A stretch of 64,000 bases of DNA. It comes from Piromyces finnis finn. Its lineage: Eukaryota > Fungi > Neocallimastigomycota. Below are positions 37,914 to 51,141 of this stretch, piece by piece. Where the stretch lies: positions 124,001 to 188,000 of the forward strand of contig MCFH01000072.1 in assembly GCA_002104945.1 (NCBI GenBank). The letters are read 5' to 3'. The position numbers were made by a program, and so were the translations under genes. Below the pieces are notes generated by a model. The model was not told the DNA's origin. It worked only from the letters and a program-made list of their open reading frames with translations, and made no database searches. Positions within the stretch are counted from its first letter, which is position 1. The number at the start of each line of letters is the position of its first letter.

Positions 37914-38307
37914 ATATAATGGGATATTAAATAATTTAAACTAATGGAATATATAAACTTTTCTATTTTTTTTTTTTATTATTTTAATAAGTGAATTAAA
38001 ATATTAAGCATAAATCAATTGTAAAGTATATAAATAATATATACATTTAAAAAATTTTTTCACTTTTTTTCTTATTTTTGAATAATAATCAAAAATAAGA
38101 ATGATTCAAGAATGATAATACAATTCATAATTACAAATAGCATTATTATGATATCAAATAATTTGATAATAACAATAACATAAATAAAATAAATATAAAA
38201 AAAATAAAATATAAAAAATAAAAAAAAAAAAGCTTTTCATTATATCAATAAATATGTATGTTATTTTTAGACTTTTTTTTTTTTTAACATAATAGTATGT
38301 GTTCTTT

Positions 38308-38349
<42 letters not shown>

Positions 38350-38693
38350 ATATCAAAATTATATAAATCAAACCTAAAGACATTATAGTGAATCTTTTTT
38401 TTACTTTTATATATATTTTGTATTTGTTATAAGTTATTTTATATATATTTATATTATTGTTTCCAGTCTTTTATTAATAAAATTAGCATTATGCCATCAC
38501 TTGTTTTTCATAATATTTACAATTCCATTAAATGTAAAAACAATAATAAAAAATATAAAGAAACAAAAAATTCCCATATTATTTCAGATTCGTTGTTGAA
38601 TAGAAAAGAAAGGTGCAAAATTCATCATGATAATAGTAAGTGTTTTATATACTTTTATTAGTAGTACCGTACATAATAATAATAAAAAAATTA

Positions 38694-38727
<34 letters not shown>

Positions 38728-38993
38728 TAATATATATTTTAGTTAAATTTTATAAACCTATTTCTCTAAAATACAAATTAATTCCTTATTTATTGCAAAA
38801 AGAAATCCTTTTATTTTTACAAAATGGGTTAAATAATAAAAATATAAATTTCTTGGATTTATATTTTGATTATTTTAATAACAATATTAATAAAATGGGT
38901 ACCTTTGTTTCATTAAAGAATAATTATTATATTCAATTATATACTATATTATTATTATATTAATTTTTTTTTTTTTTTTTTGGTTATGAAATC

Positions 38994-40891
38994 ATGAAAT
39001 TATTTTGTAAAGGTTTCGAAACTAATCTCTTAATTTCCCAACAAAAGAATGAAAATAAAAAAAGATTTTCAAATAAAAGCAATAATAATACAAATTTAAT
39101 TAATATATATAACAAAGTATATATTAATCATGAAACCACATCCTATCAAAATTCCTATAATAATATAAACTCCTTTCAGAATATTCAGCATAAAAAATCT
39201 TCAAAAAGGTTATTTAATCATAGGATAAATCATGATCCTATTATTTATTCTAAAAATAAAAATGATCAAAAAAAGATTACACTTGATAAATATAATAATC
39301 TTTTTTTATTTTCATCAAATCAATTAAATAATAAGTCTAATAAAAATAAAATAATAAAGCAAAATAATGAAATGTCTGGTTTATTGAAAAATATATTAAT
39401 TTCTAAAACTAATACTATATCAAGTATCATAGGTATAGTAATAATATACCATATACTATATATATTTTTACATTTATATTTTACAATATAATTAAAAATA
39501 AAATAAAAATTCAAAACTATTAAAGATATTATTGAATCAACTAGTATTCTCAATATATCTCTACCATATAAAGAAGAAAAAAATTTTAAATCTTTTGATT
39601 TCATAGAAGTTTATTCTTTGAAAAGTATAATAAAAAAAATTGTAATATAAATAAATATAATATTAATATATATATATATATATTTTTTTCTAACTCTAGT
39701 TTAATGGATTTATATAAATATTTAGACTAATACATTGTTTAAAAAAAAACATGTTAATTTATTGGCAATTAAAGCATTCCATGAAAAAATATATCATAAA
39801 AAAGTATATAAATATATATGTATATATACATATGTCTTTTATTATGAATACTTTAATTATTATGGGGTTATATTAATATTGATTTATATTCTTTTTAGAT
39901 TAACATTAACATGGATATAATGACAGCAACAAAAAAATTATCGGATGCCATTGCATACGAAACTTTATTGAAATTTTGTTACAGAAATGATTTTATTAAA
40001 TGTATTGAACATCACATTTTTATTTTAAATCAAAATAATATGTACAAAAGAGTTTTCAGTCTTATAAAAAGGAAAAAGTATTTAAAAGTTTCTGGTGAAT
40101 TAAAACATTATTTAAAAAATAATATCGGTAATATTTTTTTTTATTATTATATATTATTATATATTATTTTATACTTTTATATTAATAATATTTTTTTTTT
40201 TAAAATTTTTATTTTTGTAATTTTTACTTATGATGAGAATAGAAAGAATGAAAAATAATTTGAAAAATATTACAAAAGGAAACAACAATTATGATATTAA
40301 TATTATTAAGCTCACCATTGAAATAGAAGTCATTAGAATATTAAAATACTATTTTTATGATATTATTAAACCAAATCAATACCTATATAATGAATTTGAA
40401 AATTATCATGGTAAGATTTATTTTTTTTTTTTAAAAAAAATAAAGTTTTAAATTTTATAGATTTATATCAATATAAATTATTGTATATTTTAATAGAAAA
40501 TAAAACAATTAAAAAATGGGACTCATTCCTTTCATATGATCAAGAAATAAATGATGAGCTCTTTGAAGCAAGTACTTCAACTGCAACTACTACTCGTTCA
40601 TCTATTTCAATGGAATACTTTGATTCCTGTCCTATTAAAAAAATAAAGACAAGAGATATAACTCTATACTATCTATCATGTGAAGATACTTGTTCTCTTT
40701 CTAGTATTCCCTCATTCAAAAATACAAAATCTAATCGAGATTCTAGAAACATGAAATCAAATTATCATCTCATAATTGATAATATGAAGGATCAAAACGA
40801 ATTTTTAAAAATTAAACTTTATTTGTGTCGATATTCCTTTATTAAAATCATTCGTTTATTCAAATATTTTGAAAAATATCTTAAACTCTGA
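38994..40891 (+). CDS. Hypothetical protein, about 474 aa, 6 exons
   Basis: Exons 38994-39432, 39526-39641, 39726-39803, 39899-40127, 40243-40410, 40497-40891 join in one frame (1425 nt) with canonical GT-AG introns. No confident family. Confidence 0.65.
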
Positions 40892-41186
40892 AAAAAAAAA
40901 AAAAAGAAAAATAGGTTTATATTTTTTAATTAGGTTTAATTATTGTATATATATGATTTTTATTAATTTAAAAAATTGTTTAAAATTTAATAAAATATAA
41001 GATAAAAATAAACAACTATACTATTTTTTTTTAAAATAATAAAATTGAAAATTGTTCATATTTGCCTATATTAGAATATCTAAAATCTATTTTTTTTTTT
41101 TTTTTAGTATTTAAAAACACTTTTTTTTTTTTTAAAAAAAAAAAAATCTAACTATTTTAACAAATTATAAATTATATTTTAATAAT

Positions 41187-42320
41187 CTATATTCTTTCGG
41201 CTATGACATACCAATTGTCTCTGTCATAACCTGTTTCAACTACCTTTCCTATTTTAATTTGATCTACTAAATCATCAAGTTCTCCTTTCTTAAATAAATG
41301 ATAATATCTATATTTTTTAATCAGCAGTCAATAAAGTATAATTTATATTAGATACATTTAATATTTTAATATTTATAAAATATATAATTTTTTTTTATAT
41401 AATATTTACCTTTCATATTTTACAAGATGTTCAGATTTTTCGGATTCAGTATAATCTTTTTTATTTAAACTTTTTTTATTTAAATATTTCTTTTTTGGAA
41501 TATGCCATGGAATTAAAACGTCTTGTTCATCGTATTTTTTCTGAAAAACAATTAAAATATTTATATTAATTAAAATATAATTTTTGTATTACAAGTATTA
41601 TAATACAAATACTTACTCTATCTTGTTCAAATGCCCAAACGAAAATTAATACTTTACAGCCTTTCTTTAATACTCTTAATATTTCCTAAAAGTAAATAAA
41701 ATAATAATAATAATAATTTTGTTAAAATATATATATTATACTATATATTAATAATGATAATATCCTTTTTTTTTTAATCATATATAATTACTTCGATGGC
41801 TTCGCGTCTTCTTTCTGGAGTAGTAAAATGATGAATTACAGCAATTGAAATTGCAAAATCCTATTATTGGATATATTTTTTTTAAAGTTAAGAGATGACA
41901 ATTTTCATATTCAATTAAAAAAAAAAAAAAAAAAAAAAAAGAAATGAAATGAAATTAAACTAAATTGCTTTAAAAAGGATACAAATGAATCTGAACGATA
42001 TGGTAAAGATAAATTATCAGCAACTAAACTTTCATAACCTCTTTCTTTACAAATTTTAATTAAATTTGAACATCTTTGTTAAAAATTTAGCAATACATAA
42101 ATGAGAATCAAAACAATATATTAAACCATCATTTTATAATTTTTTTTTCAATAGCATTTTGAATTTATTTGCAATTTGAATTTTATATAATTTAATCCAA
42201 TTAATTATCATTCATTGATAATAATTATTAATTATTAAAATAAAAATAATAAAAGTTAATTTTTAATTTTACTTTATTTTTATTTTAAATATGTATTTAA
42301 TTTATATTTTTTATTTTAAA

Positions 42321-42351
<31 letters not shown>

Positions 42352-42905
42352 ACCTATCTGAACCAATGATATAAACATTTTTATTAATTCCTAAATATTT
42401 TCCATTACCACATCCAACATCAATACCGATTAAACCTGGTTGAAGGTCATTTAAAAATTTATCGACAACTGGCCATGGCTTATTATTATACATTTTTTTT
42501 TTAAAAAAAAAAAAAGATGATTATTATTATTGTTATTATTTTTAATAAAATTATTTTTTAAATAAAATGGAATTTGTATCATAATTGATTTTACATATTG
42601 AAATATATATTTTAATAATTTCTTTTTATATGCTTATATTTATAATCAATAAAATATTTGATGTAAATCATATATATTTTTACTTTATATCTAGTATCAC
42701 TAAAATGTGGAGCAATTGCTTCATATACATCATGAACAAAATGTTCTTCTTTCTTTTCTTCTTCTGAAATTTCCTGACTTTTTCCAATTTTGTTTTCATC
42801 ATTAATTTTTTCTTTTTCAGTAGTATCTATTTTTTTGTTAACATTTTCCTTGATTTCTTCTTCCTCTATTTCTGATGATTTTCTTTTAATATTTGCTTTT
42901 TCCAT
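41187..42905 (-). CDS. TRM9: tRNA wobble-uridine carboxymethyl methyltransferase Trm9 (ALKBH8 MT-domain type)
   Basis: [76 protein letters not shown] and [11 protein letters not shown]. About 7 exons. Confidence 0.95.
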
Positions 42906-45669
42906 TTTGTCAAAATTTTCTTTCTTTTTTTTTTTTTTAATATAATATAAAATTAACCTTTTAAATTTTACTTCTAAAATAAAAAATCAAATACATTATA
43001 AAAATAATGTACATTGATGTATTTATTATTTGTAACTATTAACTATTAATTTAACAATTAATACTAAATACTAGCATAAATGAATTACTAGTTATATAAG
43101 ATAGTAAAATATTCTTAATAATTGATTATTTTTTTTTGTCTCTTAATTATTAGTTAATCAGAATTTTAATGAATATAATAAATTCACATTTAAATATAGT
43201 ATAATAGTTAGTTTATAATAATATTAATAATAATAATTGATTTTATAACTAATATTTAATTATAAATAAAAATGCTAAAAAATAAATATAATTTTTAATG
43301 TATATTATAATGATATTTATATTTAAAACAGATTTCTCTAAACGTTTAATAGTATATTACAATAAGTAATATAGCCATACTATACACTCGTTATAATTAA
43401 TAATTGAACATTAATTTAATATGATATATATTTAGTTTCTCTCAAGCATTATTTAAAAATTTCAATCCATATTTTTAATGAAATTAGCTATAAAATATGA
43501 TTTTTTGTTAATTTGATTTCAAAAAAAACCTTTATGAGTTTTTCATTATAGTTTTTAAAATTTTTGTGATAGAAAAATAAGGATACATATTATTTAAATA
43601 ATATTTCATTATTTTTATGATAATGTAAAAAACTAATTATGAAAAGTAATAATATAATTATATTTTTTAAAAATTATATATATATTATTATTTTTGAATT
43701 TGTTTATTTTTAATAAGAACGCAATAAATATAGAAAATATATATATATGATTTATTTTTAAAGTTTTTTCTTTTTTTAAAAAAAAAAACTTATATTTTAA
43801 AAACATTTATAATAACAATTATTATTATTAGTAATTTAAATAACTATCCAATGTTTTTTTTTTTATTTATTATTATTTACTATTGAAATTTACTGTATAT
43901 TGTTATATTGTAAAATATTTAACCTTTATATTAATAAATAAAAAAAATAATGTATTAAAGAATTTTAAAATGCTTTAATTTTGGTAACAAGTTATTTAAC
44001 TCTTAATTCATATTTGGTTTTAAAGCTCTATGTATTAATACACTTGATATTTATTTATTTTTATTAATAATAAAACTATATAAAATATAAATAATAAAAC
44101 TTTCATTTTTATTTTATAAATTTTCAAAATTTAAAAAACTGGTATATCATTTTATTGGAGGATTTGATTTTTTTCAATTTCTCCAAAATTACATATTTTG
44201 GAAACATTTATATTAAAATTATTGGACATTTATTTCAAAAAAAATATGTAACATTACAAATAAAAATAATCATATGTTTTAAAAATATAAAATAAAATAT
44301 AAATAGAATGGTTTTGTTGAAAAGTTTAAGTATTTCAAAACGATTTAAAAGTATTTATAATCTTTTTTTAAGCTATAATAAAGAAAATACATAAATATTT
44401 CATTATTATAAGATCAATACTAAAATGAAAAAAACAATCTTTCACTAAATATTTAATTATTATGATTGACTACATAGTTTAAATCAAAAATTCTTATTTG
44501 AAATAAATATAAATTTTATACATTGAAATATTATTAGTAAATATAAAATTAAATATATTATATAATAAGAAATTATATGAAAAAAGTAAAGTTTTACTAT
44601 TTTCCATTTTTAAAAAAGGTTCATTTAAAATTGGTTTTTCAGAAGTTTACTTAAGCATGTTTGTTATAATTAATTTAAGCCACATTTCATTGTTTTAATT
44701 GAAAATATAAAGTTTTTTAAATTAATTAAATATAGTTTAAATAATTTCCATTTTTGTATTGGTTCACAAAAACAAAACTTATAAAAATTTTTAAAAGACT
44801 TTTTCAATTAGAATTTTCAAGAAAAGTTTTAGTAATCTTTTGTATAGAATAACATTTCTATTTTTTTTTATTACTTGATAGTTAGACAAAAAACAAATAT
44901 AGAGATATATAGAATAATTCAATAGATGAAAAAAATAATTATAATTAAAAAGAAAAAAAAATAATATAAAGAATAAGCCAATATTTATTAATAAATATTA
45001 ATATATTTGATTAATTAGATTGAATATATATTTAATCAATCTATTTAATTTAATAAAATTTATTTCAAATATATTTATATTAAATCATATATTTAATATA
45101 TTAATAATAATATTTAAAATTTTAATATTAATTTATTTTAAACATTTTTAGGTTCATAACTAAGTTGGATAAATAAATAGTATTTTTATTATTTATATAT
45201 GAATATGGAAATTATTCTATTGATAATTATATCAATTTGATATTACACAATACATTTTAATATATTATATGTTTTGAAATAAATTATTTGTAATATATTA
45301 TTTTTTTTGAAATTAATTATCTTTTCAAATTTTATTATTATTTAAATGTGAAAAATTATAAACAATATTAATAATAAAAGAAAGATGAATAATATAAAAT
45401 AGAAAGATTTTGATATACTAAAGAAAATTACTCATAAAAAAAAAAAAAATTATTGAATTTTCCCCTTAAAAGTTGAAAAAAAAATTTTTTTTTTGTTACT
45501 TTTAAATTTTTGAATTTTATTGAAATTTCATTATTTAATTTCTCATAAAGAATTTATTATAAAAGAAAATAAATTCCTTATATTATTATTATGAATAATA
45601 ATAAATATAAAAGTAAATAGAATTTTAGACATTTAAATATTTGTTTATTTTAAAATTTAACAATTTAAT

Positions 45670-45727
45670 AATAAAAAAAATTAAAAGATTTTAAAATCAA
45701 ATTTTAAATCTTTTAATTTTTTTTATT
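45670..45727. repeat. Inverted repeat / hairpin with 22-bp perfect arms
   Basis: 45670-45691 AATAAAAAAAATTAAAAGATTT is the exact reverse complement of 45706-45727. The stem extends 5 bp further with a 1-nt bulge around a CAA loop. Confidence 0.85.
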
Positions 45728-46466
45728 CTTTTCTTTTTTTTTTTGTACCATATCCTTAAAATTATTTATTCCTATTTATTCATTGGAATTATAACAAATA
45801 ACAACAGTCAATTCAATAAAATTATTATAACAAGGATAAAATATATTTGAATTATTTTTTATTCAAATTTAAAGATAAAAATAAATATAAAAAATTTTCA
45901 AAAATTTAGAATAAAGAAAAAGAATAAAATTGAATACATACGATTTATAAACATTAAAAAGTAATTTTAAAAAAAAATCTTGGTAATATAAAAAATATTT
46001 TAAATTGCGGGATTCATATACAAAAAGTAAATAAAAATTACAGATTAAAAGCATTTTATAATATAAATAAGTTATTTATATTTTGTTTTAATATAAATAA
46101 AATAAACCAATTCAAGTAAACGAAGAAACAAGGGATTGCCAAATATAAATAGAAATAAAAAGAGAATAAAACAATTGAAAAAGAAAATTAAAGTGAATTA
46201 CCCCATTTTTTTTATTTATTTAATAAGAAATTAAAATTATTACAAATCAGTATTTAATTATTTGAAATTGTAAAATAAATAATATTATATACATTATACT
46301 AATATTAAAAGGTAATAAATTGTTTATTATATATATATTATTCAAATATTTAAATATAGTAATACTTATTAATTTGTTAATTATAATTTAATTATAAAAT
46401 ATATTTTTACATTTATAATAAAAATAAATATCTATTTTATTTCAAAGTATACAAACAAATTAAATT

Positions 46467-48012
46467 ATGGATAATTTAAAAATTGTTGGTTTTTTATGGT
46501 GTATTAATAACTATTCAAAACTACCAGATACTGAAATTTTTAGTCAATGTTTTTGGAGTAGTGGTCAAAGCTGGAGATTAAGTATCTATCCAAAGGGTAT
46601 AAAAGATAAAAGTGATGATTATCTTTCTGTATTTTTAGAGGCAGTTCCATCAACTAATTTTAAAGAAACGACATGGAAAACAGACACATTTTCAGCTACT
46701 TTCTTTTTAAGAACAGAACCAGACGCTCCAGTTGATATAGTTAGACGTGCTAGTAAATCAGCACAAGAATTTACATCAAGTAATCCATCATGGGGTTTTT
46801 TACGTTTTTGTGAACTGGAAAGACTTTATTCTTTAATGAAAAATGATCAATTAGTAGTGGGTATAACAATTCGTTCAATTCCTTCAAATAATAATTTATC
46901 TATACCAAAGGAAATATCTAATTCAAATCAAAGATATAATTATTCAAATCGTGGAAATTTAAATAACAGTAATTCCATTGAAAAATTTGTAAATCTTCGT
47001 CATTCATCATCATCAGTTTCTCTTTCTAATGATACATCTTCTAACAACAATATAAATTACCCTCAAGTAAAAGCAAAAACAAACGGTGAAATAGAATATC
47101 TTTGTAGTCCACCATCTTCTCCCACTTTATCAAGCAAACCAAAATTCGTTAATAATTCCCTTTTTGATGCTAATCCAATGGTAATATTAAAAAAAATATA
47201 TTTTTTTTATCCGTCATAAACAAATATTCTAATTATTAATATTAATTTTAAATAGAATAAATATCGTCCATCAACTATTGAATTACCTCCAGCTTACGAA
47301 AATGAGGTATATTTAATCCAAATAGAAAATGAAGTAAAATTATTTTGTCCTCATCTTGACCGTATGTTCCGCGTTGTTAAAGAATTTGAATCTGAATTTA
47401 ACAATGATAAAACTGCTGACGTCCAATTAATTATTGAAGGAAAATGTATTTATGCACATAAAATTATATTAAGTGCTAGAAGTAACTATTTTAAAGCAAT
47501 GTTTGATTCAGGAATGTGTGAATCAGGTAAAATTTTTATATTTGAAATTTTAATATTAAAAAAAAAAAAATATATATATATATATTAATATATATATTAT
47601 GCTTTTAATTATCAATATAGAATCTTCAAAAATAACAATTACAGATTTTAAATATTCAACAATTGAATCATTAATAAAGTTTTTATATTCAGTAAAAACC
47701 GAGATTAACGATGATCTTAATGATCTTATTGATTTATATCGTGCTGCTGATAAATATCAATTAGAATCATTAATGAATTATATTCATCAATCTATTTGCT
47801 CTAGAATAACTTGTCAAAATGCATGCTCAGTATTAAGTGAAATTTATTGTTTCCCTCGTCTTGAAAAGTCATGTTTAGAATTCATTGCTCAACACTTGAG
47901 TACTATCTATTCAACACCAGATTTTCGTAACTTACTTTCTGGTGGATATGAAGAATCATTAACAACCCTTTTTGGAATGTTAGCCATAGGACCAAACTTT
48001 AATAATTCATGA
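46467..48012 (+). CDS. MATH-BTB (SPOP-like) Cullin3 substrate adaptor
   Basis: MATH: WCINNYSKL..IFSQCF..GQSWRLSIYPKG...DYLSVFL..SWGFLRF. BTB: ADVQLIIEGKCIYAHKIILSARSNYFKAMFDSGMCES..ITITDFKYSTIESLIKFLYS..LYRAADKYQL. 3 exons. Confidence 0.9.
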
Positions 48013-48907
48013 AAAATTAATATAGTAAATAATTTCCATCGAAAATAATATAAATATTATTTCTTCGACTTAATAGCCTATTTATTTTACTATAATTTAA
48101 TCATTATCAAAACACATCGCATAAATAGTTAGCTATAAATTGTAAATTTCAAAATTTTGTTATATAAAATAAATAAAAATAAAATATTAAAAAATAATTG
48201 TGGCTTTATTATTATTAATGTAATACAAATATTTAAATACTTGTATTATAGATTATAGATTATAAAATTTTCTATATACATAAAACAAATCAATGGCAAA
48301 AGATACAAATTATATTTAATTAAATAATAGAAAAAGAATAATAGTAAAAATATATTTTTACTATTTTATATAAATATTATTGATGATTAATATTTATTTT
48401 TTTCTAAAATCTTATAATATTACATAGTATAATTTTTTATTTTTAATTTTTTATACCAAAAAAAAATTTAATTTTTTTGAAAAAAGATGAAAAATTAAAA
48501 TATTTCTTTTCGATATTATTGATTATTAACCAATCATATTTAAAGATTGAAAGTTTTAAAAAATATGAAAATAATAGTTTTTAAAATTCAAAATTGCGAT
48601 TAATAAAAAAAAAAAAAATTACTGTTTTTTTTTTAAAAAAAAAAAGTAAATATTAAAATTAATGTAAAAATAAATATAATTACTATATATTTTAAATAAA
48701 AACCAAGGAGTACATTATTATTATTATATTTAATAATAAAAGCAAATTTCTTTTTAATAATAAATTAATATACATAAAATATTAGAGAATGATATATTAA
48801 TCTTTAAAATATTTTTTTATAAATAATAATAATTTATTTTATCATAATATTTATTATAAATGATTTCAATGAACAAAAAAAAAAAACAATAAAAATGATA
48901 ATAAAGA

Positions 48908-50582
48908 ATGTCTTCTGAACAACAACCAGCTAAAGCCGTTGATGCCGTATTCGTTGAATCTGAAAAGGTTCCAGACGGTACCCCAATTACTAAAGGTTAT
49001 GATTTTGATAATGGTATTAATTATGAAGAACTTTTCAAATCTTATGCCACTACTGGTTTCCAAGCTACTCACATTAGTCGTGCAGTTGACCAAATTAACC
49101 AAATGGTAAATAAAATATATTATTACTATTATTCATTTATATAAAATTGAAATAATATAAATTTATCTTTATAAATAATAAGTAATTTATTAAAAATTCT
49201 AAATTTATTTAATATATATATTTTATGATTTATCTATTAATAGTTAAACTGGAGACTCTCTCAAGAACCAATTGAAGCTGATGAAACTGATGAATTCAAG
49301 GACCCAGAAGTTAGAAAAAACACTAAATGTACTATATTTTTAGGTTATACCTCAAACTTAATTTCTTCTGGTTTAAGAGAAGTTTTCAGATTCCTTGTTA
49401 AACACAACATGGTAATTTATTTTTTTAATAATAACAATTAAAATAAAAAAAAAAAAAATTAAAAAAAATGTCATTTTAAATAGTTACATTTATTAATTAA
49501 ATATTAATAAATATAATAAAAAGGTTAGTTGCATTGTTACTACTGCTGGTGGTGTTGAAGAAGATTTCATTAAATGTTTAGGTCCAACTTACATGGGTGA
49601 ATTCAGTTACAAGGGTGAAACCTTAAGAAAGAAGGGTTTAAACAGAATTGGTAATTTATTAGTTCCAAATGATAATTACTGTAAATTTGAAGATTGGATT
49701 ATGCCAATTTTAGACCAAATGTTAAAGGAACAAAAAGAAGATGTAAGTTTATCATGTAAATATTTTTTTTTAACATTATAAGTATGTATATATTTAACAT
49801 TATATACTTATTAATAATAGAATGTTATCTGGTCACCATCAAAATTCATTCACAGACTTGGTAAGGAAATTAATAATGAAGATTCAGTTTATTACTGGGC
49901 TTACAAGGTAATGATAATAAAAAAATAAAAATTATTTATTTTTGCAATTTTTGTTTTAAATATGTTAAAAGTAAGGAAAGAAATGTAAAAATATTAATTT
50001 TTATAAATAATTTTAACAAATAGAACAATATTCCAGTCTTTTGTCCAGCTGTTACTGATGGTTCTTTAGGTGATATGATTTTCTTCCACTCTTACCGTAA
50101 CCCAGGTCTTATTATGGATATTGCTCAAGATATTAGAAAAATTAATAGTATGGCCGTTCGTGCTAAGAAATCTGGTATCATTATTCTTGGTGGTGGTGTT
50201 ATCAAACATCATATTGCTAATGCCAATTTAATGGTAAATAATTTATGAAATAAAGCGAAAAAATTATAAGAATTAGTTTTAAATACATGAATTGGTAAAA
50301 AGAAATCTAATTAAATTATTATATTATATAATTATATACATAAAGCGTAATGGTGCTGATTATTCAGTTTACATTAACACTGCTAATGAATTTGATGGTA
50401 GTGATGCTGGTGCTTCACCAGATGAAGCTGTTTCTTGGGGTAAGATTCGTTTAAATGCTCATCCAGTTAAGGTTTGCTGTGAAGCCACTACTATTTTCCC
50501 ATTCATCGTTGCTCAAACTTTCGCTAAATATTACTTTGAACATAAAGATGAATTTCAAAAGGAAGAAGAACAAAAGAATTAG
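48908..50582 (+). CDS. DYS1: Deoxyhypusine synthase
   Basis: [83 protein letters not shown] and [20 protein letters not shown] (active-site Lys retained). Confidence 0.98.
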
Positions 50583-51141
50583 ATTAAATTGAAGTAAAAA
50601 ATATATATTTTACTAAAACAAACAAACAAACATTAAATATATATAGACATTTTAAATTGAAGAGAAAATCTATTAAAATTTTTTAAATTAGGTTTATTTA
50701 TTTTTTAAAATAATAGAATACTTGATATTTACATTTTCTTTATTAAATTATATCCATATATATTAAGTAGATTTATTTATTTAGAATTAGATGTTAATTA
50801 TTAAATAATTAAATAATTAATTTCTAATAAATTATATATTAATAAAAAGAATATAAATATAAAATGAATATTTTTATATTAGTAACATTATAAGTAATAT
50901 AATTTTATTAATTTGTGTTTTTATTTTTATTTTTATTTTTTTGTTTTTAATATTTATTATCAAAAATGTTGGTTTTATTAAATGCTATATATCAAAATTT
51001 ATTGAAAGAAAAAAATAAAAAAAAAAAAAATCTAAAAGTAAAATATAAATTTCAAAACTAATTTAAAAAAATTAATATAAAGAAAAAATAGTTTTTATAT
51101 TGTTTTATAAATGTAAACTAAACAAAAATTTATGTATTGCA

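Noticed and set aside
38640-38963. ORF with a poly-Asn run upstream of the 38994 gene
   Set aside because: It has a GTG start, microsatellite-derived content and no splice link to the downstream gene.
42906-46466. 3.5-kb gene-free stretch checked for a transposon relic, tRNA or hidden small gene
   Set aside because: There are only short stop-rich frames (e.g. near 44140-44280). I saw no transposase/RT motifs, cloverleaf or splice-consistent ORF.
48908-50582. Functional link between deoxyhypusine synthase (eIF5A, poly-Pro translation) and the poly-Pro formin in the same window
   Set aside because: The genes are 18 kb apart with unrelated genes between them; there is no evidence beyond coincidence.
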